A DNA stretch of 63,448 nt, counting the filler, from Octopus bimaculoides (Eukaryota): the NCBI RefSeq assembly GCF_001194135.2. It is 5 parts of 5 records of this genome, joined end to end, with 100 filler letters (N's around TTAATTAATTAA, not from the genome) between each part and the next. Parts side by side here need not be neighbours in the genome. Positions count along the whole stretch, not along the records: positions 1 to 24,784 come from NC_068983.1; 4 more parts are not named here. One strand, 5' to 3'. The translations under genes were made by a program, and so were the position numbers. The notes under the pieces are model-generated. The model worked only from the letters and a program-made list of their open reading frames with translations, searched no databases and was not told the origin of the DNA. This document shows, piece by piece, positions 1 through 15,140 of the stretch. Each line of letters opens with the position of its first letter. Position 1 is the stretch's first letter.

Positions 1-46
1 TTATCTCTTAGTGGGTTGGATTCACAAACCCTAACTTTCTTGGATT

Positions 47-77
<31 letters not shown>

Positions 78-654
78 CTGTAACTTAGAGGTCCAGCATA
101 AGAGACCAATAGAATAAGTTCTAGGCTATGTGAAAAAATAATTACTGAGTTTGATTCATTCAACAAAAGTTCTTCAAGTAAGTGCCCTAGCATAGCTGCA
201 GTCTAATGACAAACAAAAAACAAAAATAATCATTAACATTAGTATATTTACAAATAGTCTCTACTTTTGTACAGTCTTTGCAGTTTCTTTTTGTATCCTT
301 TATAATCTGCGGATTTGTAGTTCTAACATTNNNNNNNNNNTATATATATGGATATATAATATATATATAACAACAATAATAAATTGTTGCTATTGCCCTC
401 TTAGTTAACAAATAAACAGGTAAATTGACACAATACAATATCTGCAAGTTGATGAATACCACCTATTCTCCTCCATTTTCTTATTGCTATATAAATTAAG
501 GGTAAAATATCCTTTTGCCCACACCCATTTATTGCACTTGGTAATACGAAAGAAAAAACACTAGTGTAATAATAATTGGGTATTCTTCTGGCAGTATATT
601 GGATAGATATTATCTCTTAGTGGGTTGGATTCACAAACCCTAACTTTCTTGGAT

Positions 655-696
<42 letters not shown>

Positions 697-3600
697 CTGT
701 AACTTAGAGGTCCAGCATAAGAGACCAATANNNNNNNNNNNNNNNNNNNNNNNNNNNNNNNNNNNNNNNNNNNNNNNNNNNNNNNNNNNNNNNNNNNNNN
801 NNNNNNNNNNNNNNNNNNNNNNNNNNNNNNNNNNNNNNNNNNNNNNNNNNNNNNNNNNNNNNNNNNNNNNNNNNNNNNNNNNNNNNNNACAAAAAACAAA
901 AATAATCATTAACATTAGTATATTTACAAATAGTCTCTACTTTTGTACAGTCTTTGCAGTTTCTTTTTGTATCCTTTATAATCTGCGGATTTGTAGTTCT
1001 AACATTTATTTCAAGTTTGCTCTTCTAGAATTTGTATAGTTCTTTTAAGATTTTTTTTTCTCTTTCTTTTATTCCAATACTGTTACTTCTGAAGTTTGCT
1101 CATATTATCAAATCTTTAGATTTTTGCTTCTCTGTAGGATAAAAAAATAAACCTACTCTAGCTCCAAACAGTTGCTGGTTTTCAAGATACACGTTAAGTC
1201 CTTACTACCAATGTTAGTTACTGCATTACATATAAACTTGCTAGTGATTCCATCCATAAAAAGGCCACCCAACTGATTGGTAAATCTTCACTTATTACTA
1301 GGTTACTGCAATAAATTTTTATATCCTATCAAATCCCTAATTCATAACAGTCATCACTCTAGGATCTGGTTTTGGTTGTTTGAGGTAAAATATCAGCCAT
1401 CTTGTAGCTAAATGATTTTGATTCTGAAAGCCTTTTCAACAATAATGGGACAGTTGCATTTTTTTCTTTTCTCAGTTATCTTGAAGAGGAACAATGCCAG
1501 GAACATTTGTAGGCATTCTGATTTGTGAGAAGGCTGTTGTTGATGCTCAGTTTGAACTTCTGTAGATTATAGAAAATAAATGTGCTGAGCAGGTATACCA
1601 GGGGTCTGCAGTTCTGGAAGAAATGATTGGTTAAAGGTTTAGGGTTTGAGACACAAGGGGAAGAGATGTGAATGGATTGAGAAGTATGCAGCTTGCTGGT
1701 TCAGTAGAACAGACTGCTACTATTATTACCAGTAGTAGTAAAAGAGATACAGCACACCAATGTGCATGTTGTTGTAATAAGTTGGTTTTCCAATTAACTG
1801 AATGATCTGTTAATGGATGCAGTTTATCCTAACTCTGTGTAAACAACAGCTCCAGCTTTGATCTGTGAACAACAGCGTAATGTGGAATGTAAAAGTACCT
1901 GATGGAGACCAATGGCTGAATAGCTTTGGGAAGCTGCTTTAGGCTATGTTATAAATATGATATTGCAATGGTAAGATCCAGAATTTGTAAGGTGAACTTT
2001 TTAGATGTTTTATGAGTGTTTGTCCATTTCTTTGGTATATGTCACGACTAAGGTTGTTGATGTTAAATGCGAAATAGAACTGAACATTGAAGTACACTAG
2101 ATTTTATAGAATGTAGGCCAGAAAGAGTCTTGTTGATGCATAGCAATCTAATAGTTCACCAAAGAAGCTGATTAAAAAGAAGTGATATAGATAGTGGTCA
2201 ACTTTCCTGCTAGACATGGCTCAAAACTTTGCATCTTTAATTGGGGGTGGGGTGGGTGGCAGTGTAATGTCTTGGCAGTTCTATATTCTAATTGTGAAGA
2301 AACAGAGACAGATAGAGAGAGAAGTGGTTTGGCTCATTATCAATGAAGTCTTGTGTACTTCATTTCACATTGCTCCACTGTACCTTGCTATAATGAGTAC
2401 TAACAAGACAGCTGAGGGAGAGAGGGCTGCACCAACCCCCACCTCTCTCTCTCAGTGATCACTTCCTAGATGTGTTCATAGATTTCAAGGGTGAGAAAAT
2501 GCCTGTGACTGTATGTGACTACATGAGCTACTAAAACAATTAATAAAAGCATGGCATATGCTACCAAGGCATATTCCATCATTCATGGGTAATGACTGAC
2601 TGTATTTTAAAATATTCTAACTGGAAAAAAAAAAAAAAGAACCCCAAAATATTCCCTTTGAATTACCAAAACATTAAAAATATGTATTAATGAAGTAGCT
2701 GTCAGCATTGATTCAAGGAATTTATTGTAATTGTTTGAGAAATATGAACCAATATCTTCTGGAGTGTGTTGTTTGGATTTATTCTATTAAGAAGTTTTGC
2801 ACTACTCAAATTTGGTAGCAAATTAGCATATTTGCATATCGTTGGAAAAGTCAGTCTTCTTTTTACAGTTAATCATTCAATCATGCAACAGTAGAGTCTG
2901 TAATCAGGTATTACTACAGACTCTGTTGTCAGGTATGCAGAGATATGTTCATTTGGGCTTAGATCAAATTATAGTATCTGTTATTGGGGGCTAAAGTTTA
3001 TTTTATAGCTAGGAACTTTGTTTTATTTATTTTCCACTCCTTCTGGGCTATAAAAAGATGTATTTGTCAAGTGAGTGTGTCTAAATTTACTTAGAACTTT
3101 ATCAGCTGAATCAAGAGTTTCTTTGTTGGTTTTCTCAGGTTGATTTGACATGGGAAAACGTGGAATAAAATATCTTACATGAAAAGACGTAATGATTAGT
3201 GTCAGGGCATCTTACAGTAGAATTCTCATCTAGCCCATGCCAGCAAGGATGTAAAAAATATTCCTGATTTACAAACAAAAGTTTGTTACCTCATTAGAAA
3301 TGGAAGATTGTAGCAAAGACAGAGTTGTTAAAGTAAGAAAAGGGAAATCCTCTCATCCAACTGTCTACCACTTCTGTCGCCTTACAACCTTATGATAACC
3401 TAATTATAAATCAAATGTACTTACATTACAAACCAGTAACAAAACAATTTAAAATAAGAGTAACTGCCTTGCTTTGCTCTCTCAACTTCTGTCAGCAGTT
3501 GTAAAGGTACTGTTGTGACCTATGGAATGTCTTGGAGATTTATACCTGGTTGACATCATCTTCTCTGGGTCTGACCAGAGTTGATTTCTTCCAGAGATAG

Positions 3601-4299
3601 AGATAGAGAGAGAAGAAACAATCCTACTATTGATCTGGTAAATTATTTATCAACCTTTAAAAGACGAAAAGTAAAGTTGTCCTCAGTGGGATTTCAACTC
3701 AGAGCACATGGGGCTGAATTAATGCCTTAAGGAATTGTGTTGGATGCTTTAACGACTCTACTAATTTATTTGTCTAAAAATAATTGAAAGCACCAAATCT
3801 GGAACAAAAACAAAACTGGTTGTACAGGGAAAACAGCATACAAGTTAGTACCAGAAGAAAGATGCATTCATAATAAACTGCTGTAAGATTTAGTCTGTTT
3901 ATGGATTGCACCGACAACCAAATTTGAACAATTCAACCAAGCAAGAAAACAAAAGGAAAATGGTTTTATAGAAGCTGCACATAAAACTGTAAATATATTA
4001 GATAAAATGTCTAAATGTGCAAAGGCAGAAGAATGGAATATGTGGAATGTCTAAAACAATGATGTAGATCAACAAGCATATTGGCAGTAATAGCAAGATG
4101 CATGTTAGTATAATTACAACATCAGCTAAATGGCATGGCCAAGCATGTTATTTAAAGTAAAATTAATCATAGAAAGTTAGATATCTTAGCAAATATACTA
4201 GAAGTTTTATATTGCATTTTTAACTTCCAAGATTTTATATAACATTTGAACATTATCCTAATGATTAAATTCAGATGTTATATCAACAATGAGCAGCAA

Positions 4300-4800
4300 C
4301 TAAAAAGGCATAGAGAAGAAACTGCAAGACAATACAAATTATGACATTTTCCATAACAAAACAAATGTCCATAGAAACAATTCTTAATGAGGAATCGAAA
4401 GATGAAACATCTAAGTATATAGTCCACCTTGGTCAAGATAAAGAGCCAAATAATTTGTTGTCATAATGAGAGATATACTAAAACAATTTAGGCTTGGATT
4501 AGTGACTCATGAGATTAATCAAGAGTCAGACCGAGTATTTATAATGCATTCAGACCAGAACTACAGATGGTCTCTTCGAGTATCTTAGGGGAATATTCAG
4601 ATGTAGCTGCTCTTATTACAGAATTAAAAACTGACAAAATTGAATGTCATCACAATACAATGAGTTTGGGAATTGTATTTGCCTAGAGTATGTTGAAACT
4701 GAATCAGCAACATCAAAGATGATAAATTTGATAATGCACAGAGCTGTGAAATTCACTTTAAATTTATTTCACATTTTCACTGTGTCAGTGATCAGGTTGC
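4300..4800 (+). mobile_element. Possible very old R4/Dong-type LINE RT remnant
   Basis: Motif echoes in order: AWI (cf. AWIDY), RGIF (cf. RGIFQGD), NEFGNC (cf. MEFG..KC). Heavily degraded. Confidence 0.3.
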
Positions 4801-7800
4801 AGCTGTGCGATAAAACTTCCGATGCCTCATGAAATAAATTTAACAATGTAAATTGTGTAAGTAAATCTAGGAAAATATTACAGTATTAGCATTTTATCTA
4901 GAGCTTAGAAGCACCAAATAGGCAGTTCTTAGGAATGCGTTAAAGAAGTTTCTTATTGTTGTCAGTTATTTAATTATTCTTAATTAGATGTATCTGCTAA
5001 CGTGTAATTAGTTCTACCAACTTCATTATGAGGTCACCAGATCTAACTCCTTTCTGGTCACATTTGCATAAGTTGAACCCAAATTTACAAATTAATGAAC
5101 CACTGGCCAATTTGACAGTGGTGGTATTGCAATGCACTACCCTCTGATACATTATTTAAGCTAGATAGACTAGGCTATTTGAGAGTTATGTGTCTTTGCT
5201 ATGGAACATGACACATATCAACCAGACTTTTCCCTGGTTATCTAGTACCTATCAGCTTAGACATTTTCACATTCATATTGGAGGTTCTATATACTACAAA
5301 GAACAATGTCTATACAAGAAACATTGTCAATATTTCCATCAGTGCACTAACCCAGAGCAATCAATTTATGGTTAAACATTTTCATTATAATATATTTCCT
5401 ATATCATGTTGCTTCTGATATAAGAACTAAAGCTTACAGGACATTTTCCCTAGTCAAATGCCTTCCTGATGTCAAGGGCAGTGAATAGACAACAAAATAA
5501 TTTCTATTTGTAAAACAGTTTGCTGCATGTGTCATAGTTTAGAATAATTTAACCCTTTCATTACCAATGCAGCTGAAATCAGCTCTGGCTCTGTAGTACA
5601 AATGTCTTGTTTTCACAAGTTTTGAATTAAAATCTTCCACCAAACCTTAGTCACAATTAATGTTCCTAACACTAGCTTAATGATAACTAAGTTATTTTAC
5701 TAAATTCTTTGTTATATTTAAAATAATTGAAAGAAACAGAGCATCTTAAAATAAATACAGTAACGAAAGGTTAATATGGCCTGTGTGAATGGAAAACTGA
5801 CACAGATGAAAAAAAAAAGAGATATGAACTGTTGGATATTTAATATAAAGTGGTAGCATAACAGATAAGAGAACAATTGCTATATGCCACTTGTAAGTAA
5901 AGATTAAATATAAACATAATAAATGAAATCGGTTTAATTTTATTAACTTTCAATGATGTAGTTAGTATACTGTAATCATGTTTATCAATAAAAGATCTTT
6001 ATCTTACATTTATTCTAGGATTAACCAAGTGTTTGGTCCAAGCTGTTCTACAAGCTCATTGATTCATTCTTAGCAATACATTGAAAAAATTATATTCTCA
6101 CAAATTTTAAAAATTAACTTACTTTTTAAAAATCAAATCAATATATTACCCTGTATAAATTTAAAATTAAGTAATCTTAAAAATGAGTTTTCATAGACTG
6201 CCAAAGTTACATATGAAGAGAAACTATTTAAATAAGTTGGAAGTCGTACTTGATTCAGTGTTTGTTTAAATCTAACCTATTTTATTAGTACCTTTATTAG
6301 TAGTTTCTATAATTGTGGAACATATTAGATTTTATATTCTTCTGTATATCTTTAAACAAGCAGTTATATTTTAAAATAAAATTTTAGGTATCAAAATGTC
6401 TCTAGCAAATAACAAAAAACTTTTGTAGTTAATAGTTCTTTATTTTGCTTTTAAATTATTCAAGTACAATGCAAACTTGTCAGATAAAAGAGAGAAATGC
6501 TGAAGAATAAAATTAGTAACAAAAGTAAAATATACACATATATCAAAGCAGAAAAATAGAGAAGAAATCTATGTAGAGATGCAAGTTGAAAACAAAGAAA
6601 AAAAGTTTTAAATTCTAATAAATTATATAATGAGAATAATTACATCAACCTGAATGTGAAGAAAGCAAAAACAAATCTGAATGTGGAAAAAATAGAAGTA
6701 AATAAAATTTATTCTAAAAATAAATCAACAAAAAAAAAAAAAAAAAAAACAAACGAAAAAACAAAACAATAAAGCTGTTAGAAACCAATCAACAATTTCT
6801 CAAAATTTTGTTAAATAAAGTCCTTTTCTTACCATATTTAAAGATTTTTTTTTTTCTTATAGACTATTATGAAAGACACTTGATGTTAGAAATTATCCAA
6901 AATTTTTCCCAACATTATTATTATTTATTTTATTATTCAAGGAAAATTAGCATCAAATTAATTATTTTTGTCAACTTTGCATTCTAATAATTTTATTTGA
7001 ATGTTAATTTCTTTGAAGTAACATAGTAGAAATAATTTTAATGTGACTGCTAAATCTTTAAGCCATCAAATATCCACAACTAATTTTGATAAAAAGAGAT
7101 GTAACATACTACGGGAGTGTTTTTTTTTTTAAAAGGATTAAAGTAACATACATTGGAAATAGTAGATATTTTCGAAAATGGCAATGGGGGGGGGGGAATA
7201 AATTAAACTTTGTAGGGGGAGCATTAAAATGAAAGTAATTGTGCTCTTGTAAAACTATTAACAATATCTGACTAACAGAAGGGTGGCAATTAAGGAATCA
7301 AAGTGAGAAAGAATTAATTTGAAAAGTTTGTGGGTCATTCTTTTTAGAATGTTATTTTAAATGAAGCCAGGATTAACGATTCCGAAAATCTGAAAAGAGA
7401 AATGAAATAATAATAAGTAAAACATTTTAATAAGTTTTACTGAATAAAATCTAACATATCACTACACAGTTTCAAATAAGGATCTACATACAAGGCTTGG
7501 TCGAGAACTGAACACAGTCAAACTTGTAATGAGTTTATGAAGAGTAAAATAATGAGATTTTTGGAGCATGCCTTTCATGAAAATATATTTTAGTGGTGCT
7601 ACACTATAATAAAGCTACAACAAAGAAAAGCAATTAAAACATTTTAGTGTCATGTATATGATTCTGTTTATGTTGTTTCAAAAGGAGTAATTAGCAAGAA
7701 AGTTTATTCCAGTATTCATGAACTTTTAATCTAAAGCAATCAAAATGTAAATAACAATATACTGGTAACATACTGTGAAGAGAGTGTACACTGTATTATA

Positions 7801-8749
7801 CCTAACACTTGTCAATGTTGACCTATATACAACCTGACTGTTACACTTGGCCACTTATTTATGATATTTTGTTTATTAACAGTATAGTACACAATTCAAG
7901 ATTATGCATTAAAATAATTATTATAGCACTGATAGTTATAATACTGTTTTTGTTGGTGGTATAAAGAAAAATATGATTTTATAAGTCATGTTGTAGGCTA
8001 AAACATACGTTGGAATGTCAAAAATAAACAATACGTCTGTTGCTAGAAAAGGCAAGGTAACTTGTACTTATTTGGCTGCTTCAGAACCAAATAAATAAAA
8101 AGAGAAGCTCAAAACAATTGTTTCACTAAATTTTGATTTATTAGACATGAAACTATAAAAAATGTCAGGGATGAAATGAAATAGGATTGCTGCAGTACTC
8201 CTTTTTTCTTCTGCAAAGCATCAAGTCATAATCTATACCAACTCTAATACATCTTTTGACTCTCAAAACATTTTCTCATAATCTTTATTTTGACACTACT
8301 GTCTCAGCTTTTCTACAACTTTAATTCATATGAAAATATATAAATACTTATATACATAGTAATTAGTAGATATCATTTAGTTGATAAGTGATGATTTTAT
8401 TAGATCAGATAATTAATAAAATAAACTCTCCTTATGAAATAAAAATAGATTGAAGAACTGACTCCATTTTTTTCCTGTTATAAAATACACAACATTGTTG
8501 TCATCAATATTATCTTTAAATCCACTTTTCCATGTTTGCATGTGGCAGATGGAAATCACTGACACAAATTTTCTACAACAGGACACCTTTCCTGTCAGCA
8601 ACCCTCATCGGTTTCCCAGCAAAGTAATACTTCTCCATGACCAGATGTTTCCACAGAAGACTGGAAGCAAAGAATATAGTTTTGTATGATAATGCTAGTT
8701 TACAACTATCGTGTGTGATGTCAAGAGAATGGCACACACGTATATGACA

Positions 8750-8910
8750 GGGTTCTTTCAGTTTTCTTCTACCATATTCATTTACAAGGCTTTGGTTAAC
8801 CTGGGGCTACAGTAGGAAACACCTGCAAAAAGTGTTACACGGTGGAACTGAACTAGAAATTGTGCAGTTGGAAAGCAAATTTCTTAACCACACTGGCATT
8901 TCTGTGCCTA
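8750..8910 (-). mobile_element. tRNA-derived SINE (GGCACAG..ATG.C.GTGTGGTTAAG head family)
   Basis: Reverse complement of the 8996 copy; the two lie head-to-head. Confidence 0.7.
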
Positions 8911-8995
8911 TGTCAATTGTATATATATCATCTATGCCAATTATGATTTTGTATGTGTGTATTATTTACTATGAATATTATTAAATATGACATAT

Positions 8996-9150
8996 GTGCA
9001 GGCATGGCTGGGTAGTTAAGCAGTTTCCTTCCTAACCACAAAGTTTTGGGTTCAGTTTCACTGTGTGGCACTTTGGACAAGTGTCTTTTACCTTTTAATA
9101 TAGATCACCAGGCTGAACAAAGCCTTGTGAGTGAATTTAATAGGTAGAAT
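8996..9150 (+). mobile_element. tRNA-derived SINE, same family
   Basis: gcaggcatggctgggtagttaag...gggttcagtttcactgtgtggcactttggacaagtgtc...aaagccttgtgagtg. Confidence 0.75.
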
Positions 9151-10669
9151 ATGCACGTGTGCATGTGTATGTGTGTGTGTGCTTATACTTCTTCTTCTTG
9201 ACATCTCAGGATAGTTGTAAATGAATGTTGCTACCATACAAAAGGTGTCATTTGTTTACAATATTCCGTGGAAATACAGTCTATCATGGGAATATTACCT
9301 TCTTTGGAAACAAGTGAAGGATCTAACCATGAAAAATAATTTGCCTGCAAAATATGACACTTGGTAGCAAGGAAAATTGGACATTAAAATGATGATGACA
9401 ATGATGATGATCAGATTCTTACCAAATATATTTGGTTGTGATTTTGAGCAAGGCCCTTCTAAGTATTTTCATTTACTTCAAACTTTAGAGTGAATGGATG
9501 AGTCTAGGTTATACTTCATGAGTAAATGTCAATCACAAAACCAACCCATTTACATAATAATTGTTGATTCATATACTATGAGTTTAGAAAAACATGGAAA
9601 AATCTGTGAAATTAAATAAGCTCCATGAAATCATCATCAACATTTAACATCTGTTTTCAATGCTGCCATAGGTTGGAAGGCTTGACAGGAACTAGGTCAT
9701 GCCAAGTTCCATAGTCTGTTTTGACTTGATTTTTACAGATAGATGTCCTTCCTAACACCAACCACTTTACAAAGTGTACAGAGTGCTTTTTACGTGGCTC
9801 CAGCATCTACACCAATGCTTTTTATGTGGCACCAGCTCCCACACCAATGCTTTTTTTGGTTTTAAGATCCCAATTCTGTTGTGGTGGGTGGGTCTCCTTG
9901 AGTACAGCAATGCATCACATATCTTTGTCGTCTATCATCTTTTCCAAGAAGTGTTAAAAAAAAAACTCACTATCCTATAATCAATATTCTCATAAAATTT
10001 TTTTTTTAATGTTTATTTTAGAAATGCTAATAATTTTTTTTCAATCACTAAAGAAGATGCCATTATGAAGAAACTGATAGCAGTAGCAAATATCTAAGAA
10101 GTTGTAGTAATAAAACATTGTTGATATCATAATGGTATAGTTCAAACAAGAAATAAGCAACATAAAGGGAAGACAATATGAGAATGGGTCATCAAAATTT
10201 TGTTCTTTTGAAGTTTAGTTAGAAAGAATGGATACATTCGGTGATTTTTGAAAGCCTTCCTAGACCACATCTGAACTCTAAAATTTGATTAGCACACATC
10301 AAAATGAGATAAAATGCCTAAATTATAGAGTTAAGATTTCAATGAAATTAGCTAGTGGTAATACCAATGGAATATCTAGAATAATTTGCTAAAAAAAAGA
10401 GTCTCAAATATATTAAATCGAAAATATCCAGTATAATTACCATTATTACTGAGATATGATATTATGATCTTTTTGAACTTGAGCCAACATATCATCCAAT
10501 TCTTTTTCGTATTCTTCAGGAGTTGAAATCACATCTGTAAAAAACGACAAAAAAAAAACAACCAAACAATAACTAAAAACGAATGTATAACTTTAACATT
10601 TACTAATGTAAAAAATAACATAACAATATCATCATCATCACCCAGTGTTTTAAATCTGGGTTTTTTCCC

Positions 10670-10897
10670 CATTAATGGGGATGGCCGGATCTACCTCGAT
10701 GCCATAGCAACTGCCCTCACACCATCTCACCCAGTTTTAGACGTCCTCCTTTTTCAAACCAACCCTCCCAATCTCATCCTCTACCTTTTCCTCGGTCTAC
10801 TTTGCTTTTGTGCTCCATTTACCTCAAACGCAATCACCCTCCTCAGAACATGCTCTTCATCCCTCCTCAACACATGCCCATACCACCTCACTCCATG
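10670..10897 (-). mobile_element. RTE LINE C-terminal fragment
   Basis: Minus strand reads VRWYGHVLRRDEEHVLRRVIAFEVNG.QK.SRPRKR, the typical RTE post-RT motif. Confidence 0.7.
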
Positions 10898-10989
10898 TTG
10901 ATTTTATTTTGTAAAAATGAAAGGATTCAAAGTTTTCAGAAATAAATTAGCGACTACAATCTTTATTACATATAAAAGGTAAAAAGCTC

Positions 10990-11315
10990 TACTTCAGTCA
11001 TGAGTGACCATGGGATTGCACCTAGAAAATTACCCTTCGAGGCACAGATCCAGGCAAGGTTGTTTTATGAAAGACCAGCAGTCGCCCATGCATACCAGCC
11101 TCCCCTCTCCACACCACTGATGTTATCCAAGGGAAAATCAAAGGCCAACACAGCTTGGTACCAGTGATGTCACAACTCATTTCTACAGCTGAGTGAACTG
11201 GAGCAACATGAAATAAAGTATCTTGCTCAAGAACACAACACACAGCCTGGTCCAGGACATCAAACTCACAACCTCACGACTGCAAGCTCGCTATTCTAAC
11301 CACTGAGCCATGCAC
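10990..11315 (-). mobile_element. tRNA-derived SINE (GCATGGCTCAGTGGTTAGA head family)
   Basis: Minus-strand A/B-box head, core gtgttgtgttcttgagcaagatactttatttcatgttgctccagttcactcagctgtag. Partial sister copy at 11630-11765 and a related element at about 45655-45900. Confidence 0.8.
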
Positions 11316-13051
11316 CTTATATTACATATAGCAGTTTCTAATTTATCTGTCTATAATTTTATAAAGTTGTAATTGTTTGGCAACAGACTTGATCTGAGAC
11401 TATGTTGAAACTAAATCAATCACATTATGAAAAAGTCATTTTAAGTCATCCCTACACACATGCACACATACACACATAAAATCTTTTAAAATACGCTTTC
11501 CATTTATTTTTTGGTATCAAATTTTCATCATGTCAGTGCAACCTGGTCATTAACACAGTTGCACAGCAGCTGTTTAAAACTTAATTTTTAGCGAATTCTT
11601 ATCTCTTTTTTGTTCTTGTTTCTTATTGAACTACAGCTGAGTGAACTGGAGCAACATAAAATAAAATGTTTTGCTCAAGAACACAACAAACAGCCCAGAT
11701 CAGGAATTGAACTCACAACATCACAATTGTAAGCCCAATGCTCTAACCCCTAAGTCATGTGCCTTCACACACACACACACACACACACATGAGGTGCCTT
11801 CTTGTACTACAGTTCTGCAGAAATTAAGTTCTTGATTATGTAGATCAAATCTTATTTTAATTATATAAGGTAAAAAAAAAAAAGCAAGAGACTAATTTGG
11901 AAACATCAATAAACTTACAATTATATGTATTTATTTGTATAATCTCTTTTTCTCACACACAAACTTCCATATTATAACAACAATATGACATAAGTATTGA
12001 TTTAAATTGCATTGTTGATAAAAATAGTTGTCTCAGTTTGTTATGTTGAATATCTGTAATCTATTTTATGATAAAAGTATATTGATAAGAGATTTGAAAA
12101 TTAAATGATTTAAATCAATTTATCTGGGCAAGAAGTCATCAACATATATTAAAACTAATTCATATGGAAAAATTTGATAAAAATTGGCATGATTGGAATA
12201 TTTAGTGTTAGGTGTGAAAATTATTCACGGTAAAGTTGCATAATAATGAAATGATCTACAAGTATATTCAATCTAAAGTAATGTATAGAGCATGAAAAGA
12301 AATAGTATGTAGTTTAGTTGAACAGTAATAATGATTTATTTTGATAAAGACAAAGATCTATTTCTAAGGAAGTGAAGACAGTTAATTCATACAGTCTTGG
12401 TGTATTATTAGTAACTAGTGAGTACCTGTGGAAAATCCAGTTTAATATTTAATTTTATAGTTAATTACTTAGAGTAAAGTATATTTAAAGGAACTTACAG
12501 AGTAAAATACACTCTTCATAATCATTTAATAATTAATAGATCATACATACAAATAAATATATATAAAAATTTATAGTCTGAACAACTGAAATGCAGAGAT
12601 AGTGAAAGTATCATAGCAGCTACATCTTTGATGAAGGATGGACAAAGAGAGAAGAAAAAAACTGCCAATTATATTAGAAGATTATTATTTAATCAATCCC
12701 AAGGAAGTGGCAAATGTAACTGAACTAAAACAGTATGTTTCAGTTAGATTAATTGATATAGTGCCAGCCTGCTGGCTCAGCATCTCATTCTCAGCACTGC
12801 CATATGACAGAGAGACTTAATTGTTCAGCTCCAGGTGAGCTCTCTGGAAGAGCAGACCAATAATTAAAGATATTCCATTTTTAATCTATCTTATCCTTTT
12901 ATAAGATGGTAGGGTATGATTTTTAGCTAGTCTAGTGACCACGTAGACGCTTACTTATTGCCTTGTCCATGAAGTTGTAAGTAGCTCAGAAGGCTTCCAA
13001 AAGCAACCAGAAAATTATATACTTACAAGTGTTTTGTAAGCCTGCACCTGC

Positions 13052-13057
13052 ACTACT

Positions 13058-13105
<48 letters not shown>

Positions 13106-13172
13106 AACTACTACTGCTGCTGCTGCTGCTACTACTACTACTGCTGCTGCTGCCCCTTCTCCTCCACCACCA
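13052..13172. repeat. (TAC)n/(TGC)n trinucleotide repeat at the RTE 3' junction
   Basis: Directly visible. Confidence 0.9.
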
Positions 13173-13174
13173 CC

Positions 13175-15140
13175 ATCAGAGCTATCCAAACTCCAATTGC
13201 CACATCTCCTGGTCCCTTGTCATTTCCTAAGTGTGGCCCAGTGTCCAAAGATCCTTTCTCACCACTTCATCTCATGTCTTCCTGGGCCTACCCCGTCCAC
13301 AAGTATCCTCCATAATTAGAGCTTGGCACTTCTTTACACAGCTATCCTCTTCCAAATGCATCACATGACTAAGCCAGTGCAGTTTCCTCTCTTGCATACA
13401 ACAGTTTTCTCTCTTGCCTCTTATACCCAGTTTTCCTCTTAAATCATTTACATTCTGTTGTGCATGCACATTGACATTACCCATCCAGAGGAGCATGCTA
13501 GTTTCATTTCTTTCAAGCCTTCACAAGTCCTCTGTAGTCAAAGTTCATGTTTTACTGCCATATAACATAGCTATATGTACACAGACATCATACACTCTTT
13601 CTTTCAATCTGAAAGAGAGGCCATTAGTTACCAACAAAGGTAGAAGCTCTCTGAACTTTGCCCAGCCTGTTCTTATTCAAGCAACTACACTTTCAGAACT
13701 TCTTCCACCACTGCTAACTTGGTTTCCTAAGTAACAGAAGTATCAACTACTTCTAATGATAGCACTGAGCTTTTGAGGGAGTCTATCATCTGCACATTTT
13801 TAGAGCTTATTGTACCTGCACATTACCACACACAAATACTATATTCTCCATTAACCTTTCTGAGATACTGCTACATGCATCTTATCAAATACAACATATT
13901 GCCACACCTCCTGATCCCTTGTCATTTCCTTAGTAACGCTCAGTATCCAAAGAGTCTTTCTCATTACTTTGTCCCATGTCTTTCAGGGTCTACCACTTCC
14001 ACAGGTAACCTCCACAATTAGAGTTCGGCACTTCTTTATGCAGCTATCCTCATCCATGCACATCACAAAGCATGCATTTGGTACAATGTATGGAGTTTCT
14101 ACCAACACCCTTCTTACATATCAAGCAGGGCCATCTCCCAGAAAGATCTAGTAATTTGTTGGTTTCCCTACTTACCAAGATTTTGGTTTTTGCTAAATTA
14201 ACTCTAGGGCTTTTAGATTCCAGGCCTTGTTTCCACACCTGAAATCTCTTCTCAAGGTTAGGTAGTGCTTCAGCTATAAGAACAAGGTCATCAGCATAGA
14301 GGAGGTTCCAAGAACAGTTAGTCTTGAATTCCTCTGTTAAGGCCTGGAGGACTAAGATAAACAGGAGGGGGACTGAGAACTGGATCTTGGTGAACTCCTG
14401 CCAGTACACTGAATTCATTGCTATAATTGTTGCCAACCTTCACCTTACTGGTAGCATCCCTATACATGGCGTGTACTGCTCTCACTAACCACTCATCTCT
14501 TCCTAGCTTCCACATGGACCACCAGATAAGTGAGCAGGGGACCCTGTTGAAAGCCTTCTCCATTTCAGCAAAAACCAGGTACAGAGGTTTATTTTTGGCT
14601 AAATACTTCTTTTGCAGTTGCCTAACCAGCCTAAATCTGAACTGCATCTCATCTATGCTAACTCTCTATCTAATTAATTAAGCTATGGCCCTTTCTGTGA
14701 CTTTCATCACCTGATCCAACAAGCTGATGATTCTGTAATTATTTTTGTCTAAGGCATCACCTTTGCCTTTGTAGCAACTGACTAAGATGCTGCTACGCTA
14801 ATCGTAGAGTATGACTCCCTCATGGACAACCTGATTTACTATACAGGTGACTAGGCCATATCCTACTTTGCCAGATATTTTAAGCATCTCAATGGTGATT
14901 CCTAATGGGCCAGGGCCTTTCTCTGTCTTCATATCCTTAATTGCTTTATCTACCAAGCTACTGTTGATTCGGATAACTGGTCCCTCAGTTGGGGTCTACA
15001 TTAGGTAGACTGTCTTTCTCCCAATCATTCTCTACATTTAGCAGCCTTTCATAATGTCATTTCCAAGCCACTTTCTTTGCACAATCACTAACTGCAAGTA
15101 AACCATCATCCATGTGGACACATTTCTCTCCTATAACATC
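13175..15140 (-). mobile_element. 5'-truncated, decayed RTE-clade non-LTR retrotransposon (RT and C-terminal region)
   Basis: Minus-strand frames give AFNRVP..LIWWSM.KLG.DEWLVRAV..MY, GVHQ..VLSP, W.LLYADDLVL, LRVNLAKTK, GRWPC.IC.KGVG.NSI.C..C, CYLGD.....GG, MLYGS.T and GRGRPRKT. Many stops and frameshifts. Confidence 0.9.

Noticed and set aside
1-1006. Tandem duplication (1-330 repeated at about 611-1006)
   Set aside because: The copies are essentially identical and separated by N gaps; most likely unmerged contig overlap.
2884-2930. Pre-miRNA-like hairpin
   Set aside because: The stem is only about 14-16 bp with a bulge, too short for a canonical precursor.
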